Source: Chiloscyllium plagiosum | Lineage: Eukaryota | Length of the DNA: 64,000 nt | Assembly (NCBI RefSeq): GCF_004010195.1 | Contig: NC_057718.1 | Span: forward strand, 66,287,351 to 66,351,350 | Direction of reading: 5' to 3' | The notes under the pieces: model-generated | The model's database searches: none | Told to the model about the DNA's origin: nothing | The model's input: the letters and a program-made list of their open reading frames with translations, nothing else | Part shown: positions 47,111 to 58,079 of the stretch, piece by piece | Numbering within the stretch: position 1 is the first letter of the stretch | Layout of the letters: each line of letters begins with the position of its first letter | Position numbers and translations under genes: made by a program

Positions 47111-50094
47111 TGTGATCTTCTGTGCTATCAATTAATCTATATCTTGCTAGTTAATTCAGAGTTATGGTTTTGAAATCAGTGCTATCTCTTCTCGGTAGGC
47201 TGCCAATTATGGTTAATAATCCCTATCATGCAGAGATGTCTAATGTCCCAAACATCCACATGCATACTTCTGCCACAGTTCAGGATGTAAAGTCAGGCAG
47301 TAAGACACTGAGCATATGGTACTTTGAGGATGAAGGCCAACTCCACATAGTCTTGCATAACCATTTCACCTCAAAGGTCACATGTAATTATGATTTGGAA
47401 TAAAGAGCTTACTTTTAAAAATATCCTGTAAATTTCAGTGTCTGATGGGCTCCTCCCTTGAGAGAACTGTGACGAGTTCCCTGATGTCTGTCCAGTTCTA
47501 TGTTGCTGGTTGGGTATATGATTGTCCTTGGCAGGTCACAGGATGATAATCTGTTTTTAGATGAGCACCTCCAGAGAGAGAGAACTGATTATTTTAGTAT
47601 GTCCAGCAACTGAAGTGACCCTTACGTATGAACATTACCTATCCTTGAGCCAAAATTAAATTCAACTATTTGTTTGGCATTGCATTTTTAATGTCCCACT
47701 GCAGAATATAAAATGAAGTTTGCTTTATTAATGGTTAACATTGCCTTAGCAATAGCCTTTCAAATGTTTTTCTGTAGGTATACTTTTTTGTTAATTGTTT
47801 AAAATTGGTTTGAATTCATGCTGTTGCGCTTTCTTCAAAAGAGCTGGAGATAAAATTGTTTTTTGTTTGCTTTTCTGAATGAGCCAATACGTAACTGACA
47901 GTAATAATACTAGTTTGTTAGTATCCGAATCTCTCTCAAATGATCAGAAGACCAAACACACAAACCCCCCATTCTTTCCAAATCTGAATATTGAGGCTGA
48001 CAAATTAAATTTCACAATTTAACATTAGAATATATTAAATACTAGTATCAGAGGTGAAAATGTTATCAGCTGAAAGCTGGTGTATTTTAATCAAGACAAT
48101 AATTATCAGTAGTTTTCTAATATTTGTTTCTGGTTCTGTGTTATGGTTATTATGAGGGGATTAATCAGTGCCCCTGTTTTAACCTCCCAAGCCGGTTGAA
48201 TAATGTTTTTTTTTGGCGTGAAGCTATTTTTCACTCTAGTTAACATAGTTATCCAATTTGATATGTTACTGATGCAGTAGAAATCCACGTTTTACTTGTG
48301 AAAGTGCAGAGCAATTTTTTTGTTTGTTAGACCCAAGAAAATAAACAATAAAGATGTGATATCAAACATACGTACTGGTAAATGCAGTTACAAAAAGGAA
48401 GATCTTTAGTACAGAAGGAAGATGAAATGAATATACAGTTTAAAGTCTTCAGATTATCTGTTTTACCTTGAGACTATGGTTGTTTGGTTGGTGTCTTGAA
48501 TCACCAGCTTTAAAATTATTGCAAATATCATTTTTTAATTGGAGAAAAACATCAGGACAATCCGTACTGTCACCAGCCACTTTTTTTCTTAAGAGGCAGA
48601 GAGACAGCATGTCACTAGCAGGTTCCAGATGTGCAGTCAAATCCATCTGTCCTCTGTCAAAGCAGTTCCTTGAAATATGTTTGTTTGGTGCACTCTCTTG
48701 AAGGTTGTTTAGGTTTGGTAATTATACAGGAGGTTTTATTTCAAATACATGAACATTTTCCTAAATTTATAAATTAAGAAATAAAGGCCTTTTCAAAACT
48801 GACTGAACTGACAAGTTTCTGAATTATAAGATGCTGATTTCAGTTTAGACTGGTTTTGTTTATTCCATATTGGTTTCATGAAGCTTGGTTAGTTGTGTGA
48901 TTGGGTGACTGTGGTGGTCATTCTAAGTCAATGTTTTGTCTCTTTACAAAACAATTTTAGTGTGTGAAAGTTTCAGTATTAAAATCAGAGGATGGAATTT
49001 GAAAATGAATGGTCCGTATGTTTATCACCATCGTGACATGGAATAAACTGCTTGTTTTATTTTATATTGGGCTTCCCCTCTGAACAACCCATAATTGTCC
49101 TTTTTGCAAATATATGAACACTTTTGTTTACAGATCTCTCAAACATTTTCAAATATTGACAATTTAGTAGATGCTATTCATGCAGATGCAGAATGATTAG
49201 AAATCCTTCTTTGAAAAATAGATTTTCAACTTTAGGGATAGACTAACTCCATGAACCTACTTGTAGTTGTTAATATATACACACCATTTTCCTACAGTTA
49301 GTGCTTTAAGTGGACCATTAAATCCATTAATGAGTGGCTAAAAGCTGCCTGCCGTGTACTATTAAGATGGCACCTGTGTCCTTATTAATATATCATTGCA
49401 TGGATTCCTAAGGGATAGTTGGTGACATGAAAGAATCCATCTTTTTTAGCTTTTTCTTTGCGGCCAAATTTAATGCAGCAACAAATCAAATTAAATTATT
49501 TTTAGTCTCCTCAATTATTGATATGTGTTGCACATGAAATAGTTGCATTAATTTTCTTTCCACAAGATTATACTGGTAATCTTTATAAAGTAAGTAGTAA
49601 TTATGAAATCTGAGTCTAATCTTGATTTATGGTAATTGTCTGCTGATCAGGGATTAATGGTTTGGTCTGGGTCTCAGCTGCACAACTGGAGGAAGGTGTT
49701 GAGAGTGCCCCAGATGAGGAAAGAAAATAGAATGAGAGTAGCTGCTGCTGTGTGCCATCTGCTTCCACATTGGCGTGGCTGGCTTTCTTGTCCTTCTAGT
49801 TTTATGATGTACTTGATTTTGGCAAGTTCTCTTGAAGAATTAACTACAGGAAAGAGCAAGTTATCTATGTAACTAAGACCAAGTAATGGTAATCTGAATT
49901 TGCGACTAGTCTTTGATCATTATATGGAATAATTGACACTAATACTATGTAGAAGTTAGTGTAGGTAGAAGCTGTTTATTCAGGACCACCAGAACATGAA
50001 AAACAAAGAAACTTGATTGGGTTAATTGGAAGTTGTAAGGACAACTTATCATTCACATAACTAACAGTTTAGTGTATTTGGATCTAATTCATGA

Positions 50095-51450
50095 GATTCA
50101 TAAAACCTTGGAAAATAGGAGCAGGAATAAGCAATTTGGCTCTTCTGACCTGCTCTGTGATTCAAAAGAATCATAATCCATCACCCAATAGAGCACCTTG
50201 TTCCTGCTTTCTCCCCATACCCTTAGACCCCTTTTAGCTCTAAGAACCGTATCTAACACCGCCTCAAACATTCATTGTTTTAGCCTCAACAGCTTTCTGT
50301 GGCAGAGAATTCCACAGGCTCACCACTCTCTCTGGATGAAGAGACTTCTCATTTCCATTCTAAATCACCTACAATTAGATTAGATTACAGTGTGGAAACA
50401 GGCCCTTCGGCCCAACAAGTCCACACCGACCCGCCGAAGTGAAACCCACCCATACCCCTACATTTACCCCTTACCTAACACTATGGGCAATTTAGCATGG
50501 CCAATTCACCTGACCCTGCACATCTTTGGACTGTGGGAGGAAACCGGAGCACCCGGAGAAAACCCACGCAGACACGGGGAGAACGTGCAAACTCCACACA
50601 GACAGTCGCCTGAGGCAGGAATTGAAACCCGGGTTTCTGGCGCTGTGAGGCAGCAGTGCTAACCACTGTGCCACCGTGCCGCCCCAATATATCCTTAAAC
50701 TGTGACTCCTGGTTTTGAATTCCCAGATACCAGCAATGTCCTTTGTGTTGACCTTGCCTCGTCCTGTTAGAATATTTACAGATTTTTGAGTGATCTCCAA
50801 CCACCCACCCATGCCCCAACCCAACACACACAAATTACTCATTGGACTTTACAGGAATATAGACCTAATCATCCAGTCTCTCTCCATTTGTCAGTCCTGC
50901 TACCTCAGGAATCAATCTAGTAAACCTTTACATTCCTTCCACAGAAAAGGAGACCAAAACTGCGTGCACAATACTTCAGGTGTGGTCTCACCAAGGCTTT
51001 GTGTAAATTGCAGCAAGACATCCCTGCTCCTGTACTGGAATCCTCTGGCTATCAATTTCTACATATCCTTTTCCGCCTTCTTCATCTGCGACACTTGCTT
51101 TCAGTGACTGGTGTACAAGGACACCCAAATATTGTTGCACCTCCCCCTTTCCCAAGCTGTTGTCATTCTGTTAATAATATGTTCTGTTTTTGCTACCAAA
51201 ACAGTAATCTCCCATTTATCCATACTATGCTTCATCTGCCACACATTTTCCAAATCACGCCAAAGCATCTCTGAATCATCTCCGTAGTTCGCTCCCCCAC
51301 CCATTTTTGAGATGTCTGCAAACTCTGAGATATTCCATTTGGTTTTCTCATCTAAGTCATTGATATATATTGTGAATAGATGGTGTCCAAGTACTGATCC
51401 ACACAGTACCCTGTTTATTCCTACTTTTTGTTTCCTGTTTGCATACTAGT
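50095..51450 (-). mobile_element. Decayed CR1 3' portion
   Basis: Reverse complement of CR1 RT C-terminus and 3' UTR; hosts an HE1 SINE. Confidence 0.8.
50373..50683 (-). mobile_element. Young HE1-type V-SINE
   Basis: Near-identical to 20178-20497. Confidence 0.95.
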
Positions 51451-52724
51451 TCCCTACCCATTTGGAACAATTCATTTGAAAATAATTGCTGGCTTGGTAC
51501 TTAAATCAGATGTGCAATTATTGAGGATTCTGTAGCAAATTTTATGAACTAAATATAGGACTTGGGTCATAATTCCAATTCAATTAATGTATTTAAACAA
51601 ACCTGTGCATTAGCAAATGGCGTCATTTAAAATTTCGCTCAGCCTAGCTTGAAAACTTGCTAACAAGGAATATATTTACTTATGAGGTATATTTCAAGAT
51701 CTCTGGATTATCATCGATTGTCACAGGTGTGTTGCCGGATGACTGGAGGTTGGCTAACGTGGTGCCACTCTTTAAGAAGGGTAGTAAGGACAAGCCAGGG
51801 AACTATAGACCGGTGAGCCTGACGTCAGTGTTGGGCAAGTTGTTGGAGGGAATCCTGAGGGACAGGATGTACATGTATTTGGAAAGGCAAGGACTGATTA
51901 GGGATAGTCAACATGGCTTTGTGGGTGGGAAATCATGTCTCACAAACTTGATTGAGTTTTTTGAAGAAGTAACAAAGAAGATTGATGAGGGCAGAGCAAT
52001 AGATGGGATCTATATGGACTTTAGTAAGGCGTTCGACAAGGTTCCCCATGGGAGACTGATGGGAGGTTAGATCTCATGGAATAAAGGGAGAACTAGCCAT
52101 ATTGATACAGAACTGGCTCAAAGGTAGAAGACAGAGGGTGGTGATGGAGGGTTGTTTTTCTGACTGGAGGCTGTGACCAGTGGAGTGCCACATGGATTGG
52201 TGCTGGGTCTTCTACTTTTTGTCATTTACATAAATAATTTGGATGCGAGCATAAGAGGTACAGTTAGTAAGTTTGCAGATGACACCAAAATTGGAGGTGT
52301 ACTGGACAGTGAAGAAGGTTACCTCAGCTTACAGTAGGATCTTGATCAGATGGGCCAATGGGCTGAGAAGTGGAAGATGGAGTTTAATTTGGATAAATGC
52401 GAGGTGCTGCATTTTGGGAAAGCAAATCTTAGCAGGACGTATACACTTAATGGTAAGGTCCAAGAGTGTGTTGCTGATCAAACAGACCTTGGAGTGCAGG
52501 TTCATAGATCCTTGAAAGTGGAGTCGCAGGTAGATAGAATAATGAAGAAGGTGTATGAAGTATGCTTTCCTTTATTGGTCAGAGTATTGAGTACAGGAGT
52601 TGGGAGGTCATGTTGCGGCTGTACAGGACATTGGTTAGACCACTGTTGCGTGCAATTCTGGTCTCCTTCCTATCAGAAAGATGTTGTGAAACTTGAAAGA
52701 GTTCAGAAAAGATTTACAAGGATG

Positions 52725-52871
52725 TTCTGGATTAGTGGTGCTGGGAAGAGCACAGCAGTTCAGGCAGTATCTGAGGAGCAGCAAAATCGACGTTTCGGGC
52801 AAAAGCCCTTCATCAGGAATAAAGGCGGAGAGCCTGAAGCGTGGAGAGATAAGCTAGAGGAGGGTGGGGGT
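52725..52871 (-). mobile_element. PLE family A pseudo-LTR running into the gap; intact hammerhead at 52789-52816
   Basis: Reverse complement reads CUGAUGA-A-GGGC-uuuu-GCCC-GAAACGUC. Confidence 0.85.
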
Positions 52872-53249
52872 NNNNNNNNNNNNNNNNNNNNNNNNNNNNN
52901 NNNNNNNNNNNNNNNNNNNNNNNNNNNNNNNNNNNNNNNNNNNNNNNNNNNNNNNNNNNNNNNNNNNNNNNNNNNNNNNNNNNNNNNNNNNNNNNNNNNN
53001 NNNNNNNNNNNNNNNNNNNNNNNNNNNNNNNNNNNNNNNNNNNNNNNNNNNNNNNNNNNNNNNNNNNNNNNNNNNNNNNNNNNNNNNNNNNNNNNNNNNN
53101 NNNNNNNNNNNNNNNNNNNNNNNNNNNNNNNNNNNNNNNNNNNNNNNNNNNNNNNNNNNNNNNNNNNNNNNNNNNNNNNNNNNNNNNNNNNNNNNNNNNN
53201 NNNNNNNNNNNNNNNNNNNNNNNNNNNNNNNNNNNNNNNNNNNNNNNNN
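52872..53249. other. Assembly gap (N run)
   Basis: Run of N. Confidence 1.
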
Positions 53250-53489
53250 AGTTGCCAGAGGAAGTGGTGGAGGCTGGTACAATTGCAACATTTAAAAGGC
53301 ATTTGGATGGGTATATAAATAGGAAGGGTTTGGAGGGATATGGGCCGGGTGCTGGCAGGTGGGACTAGATTGTGTTGGGATATCTGGTCGGCATGGACGG
53401 GTTGGACCGATGAATCTGTTTCCATGCTGTACATCTCTATGACTTTATGACTCAAAGCTAATGTCAATTATGCATTTTTAAAGTGAATC

Positions 53490-53820
53490 ACTAATGTGGG
53501 CAAGAATACCGCCAGTATGCATATCGTGAGGTTTCACAAAACCACAATCATTTGAGATAATCTGTTAGCAATGGATGAATATTTACTGTGACTGAGAACT
53601 CCCTCACACTTCAAATCATTCCATGGGATATTTGACATCCACTTGAAAAGGCAGGTGGGCTCTCAAATTAATAAAAGATTGGATTATTAACAATACAACT
53701 AACCTTCAGTATTGCACTGAATTGCCAGCTATATTGAGTGCTTAACTTTATTGTAACATACCTTGAATCCAGAACTATCTAATGGAAAGGCAACATCACT
53801 ACAATTGAATGAATTCTGAC
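53490..53820 (-). mobile_element. Ancient Deu-domain-type SINE, highly decayed
   Basis: ccatgggat..acatccact.ga..aggcag and cttcagta.tgcactg..tg.cagc motifs resemble DeuSINE consensus recalled from memory. Confidence 0.5.
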
Positions 53821-53899
53821 ATTTATCTATAATTGAAAATTGTTTGACTTGATTCTCCACATGAAACTTTTTATTAAACTGAAAATAAGTTGTAATCAT

Positions 53900-54095
53900 T
53901 AATAGATTTTAAATCTAGCAACCTTTTTTTGTTTTTCCTCCACCTTCCCTCTTCAAAGCATTTATATTTACATTTGCTTAGTTCTGTTGAAAAGTCATCA
54001 ATTTGAAACTTAACCTTTTCTCCACAGATATTGCCTGACGTGCTCAGTATTTTTAGCATTCCCTGTTTTTACTTTGGATTTTCAGCATATGCGGT
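53900..54095 (+). mobile_element. Old PLE pseudo-LTR fragment (family C-like)
   Basis: gaaacttaac..tctccacagatattgcctgac.tgct.agt.ttt..agcatt matches about 17657-17720. Confidence 0.65.
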
Positions 54096-54213
54096 GTTAT
54101 AGCACTATACTTCAGCTAGAATGTTATTGGAGTTCATAGCTTTTGCGATGTCTTGATGTGTATTCAGCCATCTCTCTCTACTACCTGGAGTGAATCAGTG
54201 TGTCTGAATACAA

Positions 54214-54437
54214 ATAGTTCTTCTTCTATAACAATTCTATAATGTTCTTGTGCAACCCCACATTATTGGAAAAAATTATGCTTTCGAAACAGTGCTTAAA
54301 GTGTTTGCGATGGAATCATGTTACAGCCAACAGATGGAATCATGTTTTAGAAGTTCGTGCTTTAGCAACAGTGTCCCTAATTCATCAATCACGTTCGTGA
54401 ATTCGTGTTAATGAAACTCTCATTCTAGCAGTTACTG
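54214..54437. mobile_element. Possible decayed Tigger-like MITE
   Basis: Imperfect ends tagttcttct..tataac / ttctagcagttactg. Confidence 0.35.
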
Positions 54438-56624
54438 TGGGGTCATTAGAAGAGGGTGATCTATTCTGCACCTCTGGTTAAAGGATGCTGTAAATTCTTC
54501 AGGGATATCTTTTTCACTGAAATGCAGGTCTCCTCATCAATATGGAGGGGTTGTTTTAAGTATAGCTTCATTGGTTAGATGTTTAATTGTCCACCATTAA
54601 TTATGACAGTTAACAGGACTTTGCTTTGATGCAATAGGTATAGGGATACCTAGCTCTGTCTAAATGCTTCTGCTTTGCGACAATGAACTAGTGTGTAATA
54701 GAGCGATCAGGTTGACATTTCACTTATATGTATACCTAGTGTTCAGCATGCTCTCCTACACTGTTCATTAAATCTATCCCATATGAACACAGGAATTTGG
54801 CTCCAAAAGAACTAATGATGCTCCATCCTACCAATAGTACTCGTGGAAAATGCATCTACAACATGTTGATTGATAAGACTGAGGTCCAGCAGATTCCTCA
54901 TTTCTGATCATCGTTGCTGATCCAACCTTTCAGATTTATTAACTATTTCAATTTAGGTTCAGTAGTAATGGTTGGCCTTGAACTATGTCTCCACAGCATG
55001 AGTTGGAGTCTTTTCATTTGCTGATTCAGTAATATTACCACTGTAGTGCCCTTCCACATATTCATAATATTCATTCTAGGATTGGGCATTTTTTAATTTG
55101 CATAATGTAGCATAGAAAATCATCTTTAAATAACCGTAATAAATCTTTATTTCAGAAGTGTTTTTTTGTAGTTTTTAATCAACAGTGTTGGTGATGTCCT
55201 TGATTTAATTTTTCTGGGAAGAAATTCTTTGATTAGCATTTGTGTAAACAATAGATATATTTGTAATGCATTTGTATTGCATACTTACTGTATATTCAGT
55301 GAGGCACACATGCACAATTCATCATTGATACAAATGGTGAACATTGTCCATATTGTCTGCTTTAATAGTTTGAAGTATTATAGAATATACTACTGCAAGT
55401 AAATTGGTCAGAGGAAATATGAGTAGATTTCTGGAGTGTAGCAATAATAGAAATTTCGAACATTGGAAAATGGGAGACTGAGTCAGAATCTGGCAGGGAT
55501 TTTACAGAATGGATGCGATGAGGAGGGGATAAACTGAGATTTGGAGGTAGAAAGTTTATCAGTGAAGAGTTGGAGAATTTGGTAATTGACCACTTTGCTA
55601 CTAGTTGTCAACTTGTAGGTGGCTTCTCCTGTCATGATTCCTTACTTCTATCCATCAAATTGAACTAGTGTTTAAGGGATCAACCTTCTTACTCTCTGCA
55701 CAGCCTTGTGCTTCGTTTCCTCTCACAATTCCAATATTTTATGGTTCACCATTCTATTCCAAACTACCTAACTTTTTTGGATTTTCTTTCCACTAAGCTT
55801 CCCACCCATTCTTGGAATCACTATTGATTGGATACTGCCTGACCTCCTATGCTTTTCCAGCACCACACACTCGATCACTGATTATGTAACTAATTTGACA
55901 GTTGCTTAACAAATTCCAGTGTACGTTCATCTGCCCTGAAAAGTGTACTATTCAGGCTAGATATATTGACTGCCAAGCAGAAACCAACAAACCTTTCTCT
56001 TACTGCCCCACTTAAAATTACTCCACAATTGAATAGTTGCAAGTAGTTGCATTAAATATTGAATGCACATTTTTTAAAAAACTGTAATAGTATCTAAATT
56101 TTGCATTGTGTTTCTAACTATCTGTCTACCTACATCACCAGCAGTCTCACTATGGTAATGTTTGAAGTCGAGCACCATAGTTAGATTCTGCTTGCTTTTT
56201 CCCTTGTGACTTCTGGTCTTCTCAGTTCTGTTTTCTTTTGTAACTGTTGAATCCTATTAAAACCAGCTTATTTATATTTGTCATCAAATATCCTATATGC
56301 AGCTGCTCAGTACAAAATAGGTGGTTTTCTAATTTTTTTGAGTGAGCAGATGGCATCTCTGTCGATCATTTCCACTGACTGCATTGAAGAGTCAGTCTTG
56401 GTGGTATGCTCAATTCCCTGGATTATTAATCGCCATGTGCTGCAGACCCTGCTACCACAACCTCTCTTCCAGACTCTAGGAAATTCACCTTCATGTTAAC
56501 CCAGAATGCCCAGCAGTGCTACAGAACCCTATGATCAATCCTATGTTGTAAAATCCCACTCTTTCCTTCAGTGTCCAATATCTGTGATGTTATGTTTTGA
56601 GGAAAACCCTCCAGCATGTTTAGG

Positions 56625-57370
56625 GTCATAGAGAGATTTATAGCAAAGAAAAAAGCCCTTAAAGCCCATTAGGAATATGCTGTTCAAAAAGAGCCAACCA
56701 ACTATTCATGTAACATGCTTGCAGAACTTGGTCCATAGCTTTGTACGGCATGGCGTCACAAGTCCATATCTAAATATTTATTGAATGTTGAGGGTTTGTA
56801 CCTTTACCACCCTCACAGGCAGCAAGTTCCTGGTTCCTGTCGTGATTGTAATGTGGGCATCCTGATGACATCGTAGAATCAGTTCCCTGATTAGAATAGA
56901 TTAACAGCGCCAATCGGAGCCCTGACTGACAGATTAAATAATGCCAGAGATTCTGGCAGACTCCGAAGTGGCAGTACTAAAGTCAAAGACTGTTCATGTT
57001 TAAATAAAAGGTGACAGGATACTGGCCTCTCGAGTTATTTTAATTCCTAGTACCCTGTGGATGAAAAGATTTTCCCTCGTACCTCTAATCCATCTGCCTC
57101 TTAAATCTATGCCCCCTGGTCACTGGCCACTCTAACAAGGGAGACATTTCTTCCTATCTAACTTAATGCCCTCTTAATTTAAAACATTCCACTCTTGTTT
57201 CTCCTCCTCCACCACCACTAAATTTCCTCTGCTCCAAAGAAAAATAACCTCAGTCTGTCCAATCTCTCCATGACTAAATTTCTCCAGCCCAAGTAACATT
57301 CTGTTAAATCTTCTGTGCACCCTTCAGTGCCATCACATCCCTTCTATAATGCAGATTTCAGAACTGCATG
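56625..57370 (-). mobile_element. Decayed CR1 3' end
   Basis: Reverse complement similar to about 63150-63700. Confidence 0.75.
56838..57042 (+). mobile_element. Short solo LTR (205 bp)
   Basis: TGT start, AATAAA at about 57003, end gagttatttta (CA mutated), 5-bp TSD gttcc/attcc. Confidence 0.65.
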
Positions 57371-58079
57371 TTAAGTTTTTTTATAATATGGTTTACTGTG
57401 TAAAATGCTGAGAATCAGAATGCAATGCATTGTTCAATATTAGGCCAGACTTTGAAGTGGAACAGGTGTTGTTAATTGAACGTGGTTTGGCGTTAAACTG
57501 CCTGTTTTTGTCATTATTTGACCCTCTGAGGCACATCCCAATCTTAGGATGTTGGCTAGATAAATAAAGAAATTCTGAAGTTGCAAACTCTCACTCATGC
57601 TTAGCCATAGACTGCATTAGAGAGCTGCTATCCAAACTCACTCCTTGCCCTGTGTCAGTCTTTAAAATCAATGGGAATTGCAGCTTCCCTGCCCCTGCAT
57701 TGTTGTTTGTGGGGTTTTTATCAGTGTTATTAAGTTTGTGACCATGATGTGATGAAGAATATTTTATATAATAGAATTGCCTTGAAAAAGTAATTTATCA
57801 TGGAGTACAATATTCTTCAATGATTAATGGTTATTTTTAAGGGGATTTCTAAAAGCTATTTAGAAGTAATTTCAGAATGTTGTAGGTCTTGCTGCATGTT
57901 TATATCCAAATTTTCAATTTGTACCATGTTTAAAAAAGTGTATTTTGTTTCCTATGTGTGAGGTGAACTCTGAACATCCTTTAGTGTGATTGGCCGCTTG
58001 GAGAGCGTGATATCACTGCTGCCGTAGGCTGTCAATGTCCAGTACGCCTTAATCAATTAAAGTTAGGGGAGATTCATTA

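Larger units (their letters stand above)
51710..53450 (+). mobile_element. CR1/HER1 LINE 3' portion with PLE insertion and gap
   Basis: ORF 51657-52070 has DWRLANVVPLFKKG..NYRPVSLTS..SCLTNLIEFF; tail tctatga at about 53445. Confidence 0.95.

Noticed and set aside
49134..49196. Possible terminal exon ISQTFSNIDNLVDAIHADAE*
   Set aside because: The acceptor is good, but only 20 codons with no recognisable homology; not distinguishable from chance.
52350..53467. Long ORFs of 143-322 aa
   Set aside because: Their length is an artefact of reading through the N gap.
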